Below, piece by piece: positions 22,383 to 34,490 of a stretch of 64,000 nucleotides of DNA (position 1 is its first letter; the number at the start of each line of letters is the position of its first letter). The position numbers and the translations under genes were made by a program. The stretch lies in assembly GCA_964016885.1 (NCBI GenBank), contig OZ024743.1, positions 51,770,001-51,834,000 on the forward strand. The letters run 5' to 3'. This DNA is from Eledone cirrhosa (Eukaryota). A model generated the notes under the pieces. It saw only the letters and a list, made by a program, of their open reading frames with translations. It made no database searches and was not told where the DNA came from.

Positions 22383-24334
22383 TCTTTATATATATAAAAG
22401 CGAGGATGTGTGTGTGTCTGTGTACAACTTTGGATACCTAAGGCTTTTACAATTACCAACCGAATTTGACCAAATTTTCTGTGCACGTTGCACAGGTCGC
22501 TAAGATGGTCACATCACAAACATTTTTCCAATCGACCCACGCTGAGCAATAAAAAATCGATATCAAAATTAACGGTAGCAAAATTGATGTAAGGGAGATA
22601 ACCAACTTTATTGACAATCCTTATAAAAAAAGGGAGATAACCAACTTTATTGACAATCCTTATAAAGAGAGTGAGATATGGAGACCTTCGTTTTCAATTT
22701 TAAAACAACAATCATCGTCGGACGGAATTTCAGAAATATAAACATCAGATTCATTTGAAGATAAATCACTAATATTATCGTTTGTTTCTTGTTTATTCTT
22801 TGTTGCACTTTCAAAGTTAAAAAAACACTTGTTTTAACTTGTTTCACTATATTAAGTGTTAATTTTCGCGTTAAGGGCCTAATCTTGCAGCAGTCTCGAA
22901 TTGACGAGATTTTGATGATGGTTTGTTTATTTTTAGAACAATCGTTATGGGACTTTCCATTCAAACCATTGGGACCTACAACTTTTACATTTTTAAAATT
23001 TTCATAAGCCATGTTGATACAAAAAAAAATTTGTTGCACTTTCAAAGTTAAAAAAACACTTGTTTTAACTTGTTTCACTATATTAAGTGTTAATTTTCGT
23101 GGTAAGGGCCTAATCTCGCAGCAGTCTCGAATTGACGAGATTTTGATGATGGTTTGTTTATTTTTAGAACAATCCTTATGGGACTTTCCATTCAAACCAT
23201 TGGGACCTACAGCTTTTACATTTTTAAAGTAATTTCGTCCACATTTGAGGCAGGCATTATCTATGCTTCCAGCTGTATTCGTACACATCAAACTTTTTTG
23301 ACAATGAAGGAACATACTGAACAGAATTCTTCCTGGATGTCCAGGGATAAATAAATCTATTGATACTGTATGTGCTCCACAGGATGCGGTCAACTATCCA
23401 GTTGAATTTCTAAATTCTTTAAATCCTCCTGGTTTACCTCCTAATACATTGGTTCTGAAAGAGGGAACGCCAGTTATTTTGCTGAGAAATATCACTCCTC
23501 CAAAACTATGTGGTTAAAAAACTGTCTCCACTTAGTATTGATGCTACCATTCTATCCGGATGTGGAAAAGGCGAGGATGTGATAATAACAAAAATTAGCC
23601 TGACTACATCAGGCGTGGATACTCCCTTCTCCTTTCGCCGAACCCAATTTCCCCTTCGTGTTGCCTTTGCGATGTCCATAAACAAGTCACAAGGTCAAAC
23701 TCTGTCCGTCACTGGAATTCACTTGGATGAAACTTGCTTTTCGCACGGACAATTCTACGTTGCCTGCTCACGGGTTGGCAGTCGAGATAATCTCTTTGCG
23801 TTTGTTCCGAAAAGAAAAACAAAGAATATCGTCTATCCTGAAGTGCTTTAGTGTTAACAAAAAAAAACTTATTACAGCTCTGCCTTGACTTCACCTTACT
23901 CATTACAAAACATACCAATGAATATGTCATCCAGGATATTTTGGATTATAAGTTCAAAATTTAACCATACACAGCAAAGGATGCTCTCAAAGAATAGATT
24001 TTCTCTTATTCTACTCTCATTGTTTTTTTGTTTGTATACAACTCTGCTTTCATTACAACTTTTTGTACTTTAGCAAAACTGCCTGTTTTTTTACAGATTT
24101 ACAACGTGTATTGTCTTTAATCATTTGTATAACTACATCCTGTTCAGTGTTTTCCTTCATTATCAACATAGTTTTATGTGTACAAAGATTGCACTAAATA
24201 TTCGTTTGCATTAATTATTGAAGACTTCTGCTTATTTTGACAGGTTGGGGACAAATAATGTTCTTCTTTTACTTCCTAGCTGTATATTCTTAGCATAATT
24301 TCAAACCCCGAGCAATGCCGGGTAAATCTGCTAG
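22383..24334 (+). mobile_element. Non-autonomous Helitron with PIF1 helicase remnant
   Basis: A|TC 5' end at 22383. 3' hairpin CCCG-AGCAATGC-CGGG then CTAG|T at 24331-24335. No TSD; inserted in (TA)n. Internal ~200-bp direct duplication with period 231. Confidence 0.88.
23345..23851 (+). pseudogene. Helitron RepHel PIF1-helicase C-terminal fragment
   Basis: [29 protein letters not shown], then a frameshift, then [47 protein letters not shown]. Confidence 0.9.
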
Positions 24335-24370
<36 letters not shown>

Positions 24371-24404
24371 CATATATACATATATACATACATATTGAAA
24401 CATT

Positions 24405-24459
24405 AGTTTTTGTCTGATGACCCTGTGATAAACAGGCGAAACTCCAGAGTACCAAGACT
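24405..24459 (+). ncRNA. Type I hammerhead-ribozyme-like motif (Penelope pLTR-type repeat)
   Basis: CTGATGA (24414-24420), stem II CCTGT/GATAA/ACAGG, CGAA, stem III ACTC-CA-GAGT, GUA triplet ending 24451. Stem I is imperfect. Confidence 0.55.
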
Positions 24460-24589
24460 CACTTTTTAGCTTTCGAAACAGCCAGAGCTCAGCTGTCGGG
24501 GTCCTGACTATTTTCCTATATATATATTCCCACCCTTGCAAGCAGGGAAAAAGCGGACGTAAAATGAAAAAATGAAAATGAAATATTCG

Positions 24590-24789
24590 NNNNNNNNNNN
24601 NNNNNNNNNNNNNNNNNNNNNNNNNNNNNNNNNNNNNNNNNNNNNNNNNNNNNNNNNNNNNNNNNNNNNNNNNNNNNNNNNNNNNNNNNNNNNNNNNNNN
24701 NNNNNNNNNNNNNNNNNNNNNNNNNNNNNNNNNNNNNNNNNNNNNNNNNNNNNNNNNNNNNNNNNNNNNNNNNNNNNNNNNNNNNNNNN
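24590..24789. other. Assembly gap (200 N)
   Basis: Run of N. Confidence 1.
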
Positions 24790-24934
24790 GATCATGAGAA
24801 AGAGAAAGTATGGAAAATTAATTCAAAATATAGCTTGAATGGTCTTATCTTATGGCTGGCTTTTATTTACTTCATGGGTTTTACTTCAAAAGACAGGGCA
24901 GGGGTGTTGCTATATTACTAAATCCCTCCCAGTT

Positions 24935-25215
24935 TTATTATTTTCATGCTCAGAGTTGCTGAAGCATGGAACAAACTACCTGCATCAGTTGTTAGCTGTC
25001 GAGACACTGCATCCTTTAAAATATCCATTCTTCCTAAGATTTGCCAACACTACACCTAATATTCTCCCTCCATACACACACACACACACATGTATATCAT
25101 GACTCATACACTATTCACTTCCCTGATATTTGTATATTACTCTATGTACTATACATGCACCTTTGATGTGTTGTAGTGCACCTGAGCACTGTACACAATA
25201 ATTTCATTATATATT
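24935..25215 (+). mobile_element. CR1-like LINE 3' end fragment
   Basis: Homologous to 41520-41610 plus 42466-42652, with (ATT)n-like tail. Further copies at 26670-26800 (-) and 44555-44877 (+). Confidence 0.8.
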
Positions 25216-25504
25216 ATATTGTATTAAAATAATTTGAAAAGCATATGCTGCCTCTTTCATTGAGAATATGATAAAAATACAGCCACCTTCAGGCAGCAAA
25301 TTAGCAGAGTTGTTAAAACATAGGACTAAATGTCATGTGATATTTGTTTTGACTGTCTGTACTTTCTAAAGTTTTGAACTGAAACTAATCAAAGAAAAAG
25401 AAGGAACGCCAGAATGGAATATGAAGCAATTTTGATATGGGAACAAGATGAGCAATACAGCATGTCTTGGACATGTTAAACCTGGCAGAGTTCATCCTTC
25501 TCCA

Positions 25505-26385
25505 AGTCTGAACAAAACAGGTCAGACCAGACTGGGTCAAATCAGACCAGATCAGATTGGATCAGACCAGACTGCGTCAGTCCAGACCAGATCAGACTAT
25601 ACCAGAGCAGATTGGATCATGATCAGATTGTTCTGGAACAGATCGGAGCAGATCAAAATAGGTCAGTACTAATCAGATTGGATCAGATCAAACTAGATTA
25701 GATTGGATCAGAACAAAATGAATCATATCTGATTAGATTGGGTCAGATCAGACCAAATTGGATTGGATCACACCAAATCATATCAAACCAGATTGGATTA
25801 CACCGGAGCAGATGAGACCGGATCAGATCAGACCAGGTTGAATCAAACCAAATTAAATCAAACTGGATACCACTGGATCAAAATGGGTTGGACCCAATTG
25901 GATTGAATCAGATTAGACCAGATTGGATCAGCCTGGGCTGAATTGGGGCGGATCATATCAAACCAGATCAGATCAAACCAAACTGGATCACACCAAATCA
26001 GATCAAACTGGATCAGATCAAACCAGATCGGATCACACCAGATCAACATGGGTCAGATCGAATCGGATCACACCAGATCAAACTAGATGAGATTGCTCTG
26101 GACCAGCTCAAACAGGATCAAAATGGTCCAGACAAGATCAAAATGGGTTGGATATGATGGGATTGAGTTAGATCAGACCAGATTGAGTCAGAATGGATCA
26201 GACTGGGTTGAATCGGATTGGATGAGACTGGATTGGGCCAGGTCAGATGAGACTAGATTGGGCCAGGTCAGATCGTACTGGATTGGGCCACTCAGATCGG
26301 ACTGGATTGGGCCAGGTCAGATCGTACTGGATTGGGCCACTCAGATCGGACTGGATTGGGCCAGGTCAGATCGGACTGGATTGGA
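25505..26385. repeat. Degenerate pentanucleotide repeat (GATCA/GACCA/GATTG)n
   Basis: 5-bp periodicity, with ~45-bp higher-order duplications near 26250-26380. Confidence 0.85.
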
Positions 26386-27154
26386 AAGATTAATATGCAT
26401 TAATAAAATATATCATCATCATTGTCGTCGTTTAACGTCCATCTTCCATACTGGCATGGGTGGGACAGGCTAACCCTTAGAGAGAGAATCAGGTCAGAGG
26501 ACTGTGTTTCATTCACCTGGGACTGATTTTTGCTTGGTTTCTACAGCAGGATGCCCTTCCTAACACCAACCACATTTACAGTGTGTGCTGGGCACTTTTT
26601 GTGGTGCCACCTACACGACCACATGTATACATATATATAAACATACATAGGTATGTGTGTGTGTACATATAATAATGAAATTATTGCGTAAAGTGCTCAG
26701 GTGCACTACAACTCGTCAAAGGTGCATGTATAGTACATAGAATAATATACAAATGTCAGGGAAGTGAATAGTGTATGAGTCACGATATACATGTGTGTAT
26801 GGAGGGGGAACATCATCATTTAACATCTATTTTCCATACTTGCATGGGTTAGATGGGTAGATGGGTTGTAACATCGTGGCGCTAGATAGGTCTGATAACC
26901 ATATCTTGCTCATATGTTCTGTTTTTGGTTTGGTTTTCTATAGCTGGATCCCCTTCCTAAATATATGATACACACACATATACATTTAAAGAATCCTAGT
27001 GTCCATGTAACCCAATGTTTTTAGTCTGCATCAGCTCAGTAATATATTCAGAATGCTATTCCTGAACCAAAACAACAGTACAAAATAGATGAGGAAATAT
27101 AGAAATTTGGGACATTATTTTTTGTCAAGGTTGATGGATAGAAATGGAGAAGTA

Positions 27155-27665
27155 ATCATCATCATCATCATTTTACGTCTGCTTTTCCCTGCTTGCAAGG
27201 GTGGGACGGGTCCTATTCAGCACAGCATCTTTCCACTTGTCACGGTCCTTTGTCATCTCCACCGTGAGCTTCAATGATCTTAGGTCTGCTCTCACCACCT
27301 CCGTCCATGTTTTTCGTGGTCTACCTCTACTACGTCTTCCTTCTACTGGGATTTCTTGCAACTTCTTTACCCAGCAGTCATCCTCCATGCGCATCATCCT
27401 CCATGTCCATACCATCTCAGTCTTCTCTCCTGCACACCACAACTTATCCCTCTTATACCCAGTTTCTTTCCCAACTCATCTATGCTTGGTCGTTCACACA
27501 CATTGACATTGCACATGCAATGGAGCATGCTTGCTTCATTTCTCTCCAGCAGTTGCATATCCTCTGCAGTTGCTGCCCATGTCTCACTACCATGCAGCAT
27601 TGCGCATCTCACACAGGTATCATATAACTGTCCTTTCGTACGCAGGGAAAAACCCTTCTTTGTAA
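27155..27665 (-). mobile_element. RTE LINE 3' fragment
   Basis: MLHGSETWA, ERRLRWYGH, GRPRKTWTEVV, (TGA)n tail. Confidence 0.85.
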
Positions 27666-28303
27666 TATCTTTTGAAAACAAAGTTGAGTGATGTGTGTAT
27701 TTATAGGAGTAGTATTGTGGATACTGGCGGAATTGAGGCAGATGAGAGTAAGTGCTTTCTGGCAGAGAAGAGTGTGTTTTATAGGGGCTAATGTGGATTT
27801 TCTGAAGAGATTTGATGTATGAGGGCAGAATGGGTGTGGGAAGATGAAGGTAATTTTATTATTAGAAGTAGTTGTAGGTTATTGTTGTGATTCAAACTAA
27901 AAAGCATGTGTGAACAGGTGTGATCGTGACATAATAGGTGTGATATTCACATAACACCATTGGAATATATATAATTCATAAGTGGGCAACAAATTAGTTT
28001 GTTTACATATGGACGTAGGAAAGGGATTCTACAACTGGATTGCCCTATCATTGTTGGTCTGCTCGATCATGGCTGACCTGGGGTTAAACTACATCAGCAA
28101 TGATTTTTATGTAAAGCTGTGAAAATCCTTATTATTGAGGTGGGTAGTGGTAATAACCTAGAGAATGTATTGTTTTACTTTGACATAGTTGAGAATATAC
28201 ATTAATGTTGTAAAAGCTGTGAAACACTAGAGGATGTAACATAACTTTATTTAGAATCCCCACCATCACCACCATCACCACCATCACCTCATATCTTTCT
28301 TAA

Positions 28304-29995
28304 CCCTTTAATATTTACATTACTCTTATATACTACTATCAGTGTATCCCGGCGTTTCACGGGTAAGAACATTGGTAATAGCACCTCTAATGAGAAACGT
28401 TTATTTGTGGGTGCCTGTTAAAAACTCACAAAAATATACCGACAGGAAACTTGTTTTATTTGGAGAAAATTAAGAAGTTGAAAGTACAGTTTAGCTGACT
28501 ACATGCATTGTTCATAGAAATATTATTGAGCCCCTTCTTTTCATACTCCTTCTGTGACAGTTGTCCCCCAGCGTTTCCACACTGTTTTGGCCTTTTGGAG
28601 TAAATGTGAAAGAGAAAGTCACAGGTTAAGTTGGCAGAAGGTTCCAGTGTCATAGCAGTAAGGCGTAGGCTACTTACCTCAAAAGTTCATTCACACTCTT
28701 TCCACTAAGTTACTCTTTCTCTCTATCCCTCTTGGTGCAGTCCCTTGCGAATTTCTCGCGTAGGCCTGGTGTAGATTTGCACCCGATCCATCTGCCCGAT
28801 GCACATGTCCGCTTTGTACGGCTTTTGGAGGAAGGAGTGACCAACAGTACGTTGTTCGGTATTATTATGAAAAGGTGTAGCAGAGAATCCTGCGTGAATT
28901 AACAGCTCGGGAGGAAACTGCTTACCTCGAAGATTCATTCACTATCGTTCTTGTCAAGGCTCCGTTTAGTTAGTATTTGTTGGGCTACAGTTAGATGAAT
29001 GGCGCACAAAGGGTTAATGTTCATTGGCAAGAAGTTTTTTGATTAATAAAAGACGGGTTAAAGCGACCTACAATGTATTATTCTGTGTTGATGTTAGCGG
29101 TTTTCGTTATTGTCATTGTGTTTTTTGGAGGGCAAATTCGAAACCCTTCTGTTTCTCCCTCAATAAACTGACTACTATGAAGACCATTCCATGTTGGCCT
29201 GCGGATGGAAATGTAAAACGCAAAGGTGAAAGTTCAGTGGTAATGGGAGTCCTATGTAGCAGCAGTAACATTGACATTGCTTACAATGTGTGCTTTCACC
29301 CTTAACGGGATCTTCTGAAACTAAAAAAATCAATCTGTGAACACAGAAGTAAATATTTCGAAAAATTTTGCAACCAAAAGAAAACAGGAAGACGATACTT
29401 TGGTTCGTGAAGATATTCCCTGGCAATGAACGGAAAATAGCGAAGAAAATACGTCATCAATGAGAACCATGTTTGTCATAATGTTGTAATGCAGACAGCC
29501 AGACATACAGACAAATATTATAAGGGCACAACCTTATAGCTATGTATCTATCTAAAAAGACAGACTAATAAAGAGAGAGAGAGATTGATAACCGGCACCT
29601 AACAACAGAAAATTGAAAAATAAAAGCTGCAGTTAATATCTTTAAACCGCAAGGAATATATAAATACAAGTTTGAAGTCAATCGGAGTAGAAATGTGGAT
29701 TTGTATAGACTTTGCAAAACTTAGGACACACACACACAGACAATTTCAATTATATATATATGTCATCATCATCATTATCATCTTTGTTTAACGTCCATCT
29801 TCCACGCTAGCATGGAATAGATTATATTTTCATGGTAAAGGCTTACCTCACATAATATCGAATCTATGAAATCTTCATATTATTTACTTTGAGAACAACA
29901 CCTTAACATCACTATGAGTGGCTAGTTATGGCCAGTTTGAACAGAAAGAAGTGAGAGAATTCTGGCCAGATATGGCTGGTTTAAATGCTAAAGGG
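28304..29995 (+). mobile_element. piggyBac-type MITE family 1 split by a Helitron insertion
   Basis: Left TTAA|CCCTTTAATATTTACATTACTC at 28300-28335. The remainder resumes at ~29821 and ends TAAATGCTAAAGGG|TTAA. Confidence 0.75.
28336..29760 (-). mobile_element. Non-autonomous Helitron-like element
   Basis: Degenerate CTAG end (CTAT) next to hairpin CCCG-GCGTTTCA-CGGG. Its far end (29290-29760) is homologous to 34058-34490 and resembles the 5' ends of the other Helitrons. Confidence 0.65.
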
Positions 29996-30052
29996 TTAAT
30001 AATGTATATTTCTCAATAAAATTATGTGAAATACATTTTCCAGCATATATAA

Positions 30053-31798
30053 CGCTGTGTAACAAAGAAAAATTTTTTCTCTGTTCCTGGCTTGTAATCA
30101 TTTTTTTTTTTGTGTCGCTTAGATCCCAAATAAATAAAAAAAAAGTGCTATTAAACAGTTAAAAGTTTGGGTTTGTAAACATTCTAAGCTATTCACTAGA
30201 ATTATTTGTATGCTGGATTTTACGTTGTATGTAAGTTTAATTTTCTTATGTTAAATAATTTGTTTTATATATGTTTCAGGTTAAATTAAAATTATAAAAT
30301 AAAGAGTAATACTTAAAGAAAATTATAAAAGTGCAATAAAGTATAAAATTGTTAAAAAGTGGATTAAAGAGATTCATTGATACTGGATTTTCGCACTCTG
30401 AATAAAGGGTAAGTTGTGTTTTAAGCATTTGTCTCCAGGATGAAGCAGTGGAACTTGGTCAAGGAGGAAGTGCAGGTGACAAGTCAGAGAAATTGACACA
30501 AACCTTTCTCAGGCTTTTACACTCTTACGGATGGCTTCTGCTTCTGGAATGACGTGCCTGGACTGTTTGACGTTATTGGGGTGCCGTTTGTACCCAAAGA
30601 GTGGCGGCTATTTATAGACAGCTCCACCACAAGTTTGAAGGCTGTCCTCCTCCACAATGGAAACAAGTTCCCGACACAGCCATTCAGTCTGCCTGAAGGA
30701 AGATTACTACAGTGTGAAAGTCCTCTTGGAAGCTCTGCAATACAACCAGTACAATTGGGAAATCATTGGAGACTTCAAGATGATGGCTTTCCTGCTTGGA
30801 CTCCAAGGAGGCTTTATCAAATTCCAATGCTTCCTCTGCCTTTGGGACAGCAGAGCCACCTCTGACCACTACAAAATAAAGAACTGGGAGCAACGAACAG
30901 AATTTGTAGTTGGGACCCGGAACATTATGTGTGAGCCACTGGTTGATCCCACTGGTTGATTGTGCTCATGCCGCCACTGCACATTAAGTTGGGGTTGATG
31001 GAGCAGTTTGTGAAGGCTCTCAACCAAGAATCAGCCGCTTTTAAGTACCTTCTTGAGTTCTTCCCCAAGTTATCTGAGGCCAAAATCAAAGGTGGAATTT
31101 TTGTTGGACCTCAGATGAAGAAGGTGTTTGAGTCTACCGAGTTCTCCAATAAGCTCAATAGGATTGAGAGAACAGCATGGAACTGTTTCAAGGCAGTTGT
31201 TAAGGGCTTCCTGGGCAACTACAGAGCTGAAAACTACCAGCAACAGGTGCAGGATCTGATAAAGGCTTTTGGCGCCATGGGATGCAGGATGTCGCTTAAA
31301 CTCCATATGCTGGACGCTCACCTGGAAAAATTCAAGGACAATATGGGCGCCTACTCAGAAGAACAAGGCAAACGATTCCACCAAGATGTTAAAGAGATAG
31401 AACGGAGGTACCAGGGCCACTACAATGAAAAAATGATGTGGGACAATATCTGGGGGCTAGTGCGGGAATGCGACCTGGACTACAACCACAAATCCAGGAA
31501 ATCCAGTCATTTCTGAAGTGTATAAGTTGCTTTATAAGTGTTATTTGTTTTTACTTGTTTGCTTTTGATAAGCTTGTGTAATAAAATAAATATATACTCT
31601 GTTGATTTAATTATATGAACTGATAAATTAAAAAAAAATGTGTTTTTCTTGAAAAATATGTAAATTTCGAAATATCAAACTCCTGACCACAAACCCAAAC
31701 TTCTGATTAAAGAATAGTGTTTTGTTTTATAATAATGGGATATAACAAACCAGGAAATGACACTTAGAACTGGGGAACAAAAAATATGTTACACGGTG
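30053..31798 (+). mobile_element. Chapaev3-type (CMC/Transib-related) DNA transposon, internally deleted
   Basis: TAA TSD (30050-30052 and 31799-31801); termini C(G)CTGTGTAACA...TGTTACACGGTG; transposase remnant inside. Confidence 0.8.
30440..31516 (+). pseudogene. DDE transposase remnant (frameshifted)
   Basis: EWRLFIDSS..LKAVLLHNGN; IIGDFKMMAFLLGLQGG..CFLCLWDSR; PPLHIKLGLM; MSLKLHMLDAH; GAYSEEQGKRFHQD; ERRYQG. Confidence 0.88.
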
Positions 31799-32308
31799 TA
31801 ATGAGAAAGTCATATTACTAAATGCCTGCAAATTCTTGATTTATTTTCAAAATTGTTTGAAAATCATAGGCAGTGTCTATTAGAAATGTTGTAAGAAAGG
31901 GCTAATGAAATTAAGATATTTTATAGTCATAATTCTATTAATGTTTATTGTATTTTGTTTTTGTGTTTGTTTTGCAAGATTCTTGATATAAATAAATGAA
32001 TCACAAATAGGTAGTAGCTAAACATGTACTGACATTGCAAGTGCATACATAGACTGCATGTTACAACTAAACACTAAATAGTAGAACATGTGAAAGATAC
32101 TCTGCTATGAAGTCCTGAAAGATGAATGAAAAGAATGGAGGGTAGGGATGGCATGGAAAAGGGGGAGTAAGTGTAGAGACAGAGAGAGAGAGTAGAGTTT
32201 GTGTTAACAATGAGGATGTGCACGCAGAGAACAGTCATTGATAAGGTAACATTATCATCATCATCATCATTTTACGTCCGCTTTTCCCTGCTTAATATAT
32301 ATGTTATA

Positions 32309-32700
32309 TCATCATCATCATCATCATCATTTTACGTCCGCTTTTCCCTGCTTGCAAGGGTGGGACGGTAACTGATTCTGGCTTGATTTCTACAGCTGGA
32401 TGCCCTTCCTAACACCAACCTCATTTACAGTGAGTGCTGGGTGCTTTTTTTCCATGGCACCTCCACATGCACTTTACAGTGTGGGCTGGGTGCTTTTTTG
32501 CCATGGCACCTCCACGACCACTTTGCAGTGGAATGATAGGGACCCCAGTACTATCATCTCATTTCTACAGCTGAGTAAACTGGAGCAATGTGAAATAAAA
32601 TGTCTTGCTCAAGGAAACAACACATCACCCGGTCTGAGAATTGAACTCACAACCTTTTGATTGCAAGGCTAATGCTCTAACTACTAATCCATGTGGCTCC
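32309..32700 (-). mobile_element. Composite SINE: tRNA head + CORE-like domain + RTE 3' tail
   Basis: B box GAGTTCAATTCTC, then TTTCCTTGAGCAAGACA (CORE-like), then a tail homologous to the RTE 3' UTR and (TGA)n. A second copy lies at 58552-58856 (+). Confidence 0.75.
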
Positions 32701-32885
32701 ACAGGGTGTGGAAACTAATTAATCACCCAATTAATATACTAATTATCTAATTAATTAACCCTTTCGTTACCATATTTCTCATGAAATACACTGCCTATGA
32801 TTACTTGGCAGTATGACAATGTTATAGTATTTGAAGCTCATAGAAAATGTGGGGAATTCAGATGTAGAATTAACTGTAAACAAAG

Positions 32886-33061
32886 TTAGTTGCTATAACA
32901 ACCTAAAAATCAGGTAAAACACCCTTATAGATGGAAAAATGTGGTCAGCAGTTGCTATGAGGAAACGATCCTTATACTTTTCTTAGTGACCACTGGACAC
33001 TTTTATATCATCTATAGCGGTGTTTTACCTGATTTTCTAGGCTCTAATTTATAGCAACCAA
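32886..33061. mobile_element. Fold-back MITE-like element
   Basis: Long imperfect inverted repeats GTTGCTATAA..AAAATCAGGTAAAACACC..TATAGATG / CATCTATA..GGTGTTTTACCTGATTTT..TTATAGCAAC. Confidence 0.6.
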
Positions 33062-33104
33062 ATGTGTCTGCAATTATTTTCCTACATTTTCTGTCTTAAG
33101 CCAG

Positions 33105-33360
33105 AAGGCTCATTTGGCCGGTGCTTATCCCGGTTTCATGGCGTGAAGCGACTGAGAGTGCAAGACTCCGCCCTGGACAGGACGCCAGTCCATCGCAGGG
33201 TGAAACCTCCAGCTACTGCTGGTACTCATTTTCAGCTGAGTATACTGGGGCAACGTGAAATGAAGTGTTTTGCTCAAGAACACAACATGCAACCCAGGAA
33301 TTGAGCCCATGACATTATGATCGTAAGTCCAACACTCTTACCACTAGACCACGTGCCTCC
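33105..33360 (-). mobile_element. tRNA-derived SINE family B (CORE-like)
   Basis: tRNA-like head, GTGTTCTTGAGCAAAACACTT, GCGATGGACTGGCGTCCTGTCCAGGG. Second copy at 47455-47706. Confidence 0.75.
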
Positions 33361-33382
33361 ACTATTTATATATATATATATA

Positions 33383-34020
33383 CTAGCAGTGGTACCCGGT
33401 GTTGCACGGCATAAGGTAGTTTGGAACGCGGGCCGCCAACAGACCTAATCGTGGAAAAACTGCATGCCTGGACAATATGTAAAGAAAATAAACCGAATAC
33501 TCTGATGGCTGGATAATCTAAGATTTTCCTCGATGAAGCACGAAAAAGCAGGTTTTCACCTAATGCGGGCCCTAGGGGTTCAAGAAAATGAATTTTTTTT
33601 ATGTGCATAATATGCCTTGAAATTTTTAGGACTTTTTTGAAGCCCTAAAAAGCTGAAAAAAATGAAGTTTTTCACCTAATGCGGGCCCTAGGCCATAAAA
33701 AAGTTGGATTTTCTATGCTCACGGTATGAAGAAGAGACTGACTAATACATAGTTACAATTTCAAGGAAATTGGTCTGACATAACGCCTCAAAAAAACCCT
33801 AAAAAGCTGGAAAAAACGCAGTTTTTCACCTAATGCGGGCCCTAGGGGATCAAAAAGTTGAATTTTATGTGCATAACACTCCCTGAAATATAAGTAATAC
33901 ACATGTAAAGTTTGAAAAAGATCGGTTGGGTACTTCTCGGGTTTCACACACACACGTACACACATACACACACACATACATACATCCTTCCTCAGTTTTA
34001 TATATATATACATATATAGA
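33383..34020 (-). mobile_element. Non-autonomous Helitron
   Basis: Plus-strand A|CTAG at 33382-33386 with adjacent CCCG..CGG hairpin; GA|T at 34019-34021; three internal TTTTCACCTAATGCGGGCCCTAGG repeats. Confidence 0.75.
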
Positions 34021-34057
34021 TTAAAATAACAGATTAAAGTTTAAGCAAAGAATCGTT

Positions 34058-34490
34058 GCTTTCACCCTTAACGGGATCTTCTGAAACTAAAAACATCAAT
34101 CTGTGAACGCAGAAGTAAATATTTCGAAAAACGTTGCAACCGAAGGAAAACAGGAAGACGATACTTTGGTTCGTGAAGACGTTCCCTGGCAATGCACGGA
34201 TAATAGCGAACATAATACGTCATCAATGTTCGTCAGAATGTCGTAATGCAGACAGCTAGGCATACAGACAGATATTATAAGAGCGCAACAGAGATGGATA
34301 ACTGGCGCCTAACACCCCTTTAACAACAGAAAATTGAAAAATAAAAGCTGCAGTTAATATCTTTAGACCGCAAGGAATATATAAATACAAGTTTGAAGTC
34401 AATCGGAGTAGAAATGTGGATTTGTATAGACTTTTCAAAAATGAGGACACATACACACACACAGACAACATCAGTTTTATATATATATAT
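34058..34490 (-). mobile_element. Helitron 5' portion, same family as 28336-29760
   Basis: Highly similar to 29293-29760. Confidence 0.7.

Noticed and set aside
22647-23393. 248-aa minus-strand ORF with internal repeat
   Set aside because: It is antisense to the Helitron and its repeat comes from the 231-bp-period duplication; no recognisable domain.
23510-23851. Host PIF1 helicase gene
   Set aside because: Only a frameshifted C-terminal fragment inside TC...CTAG Helitron termini.
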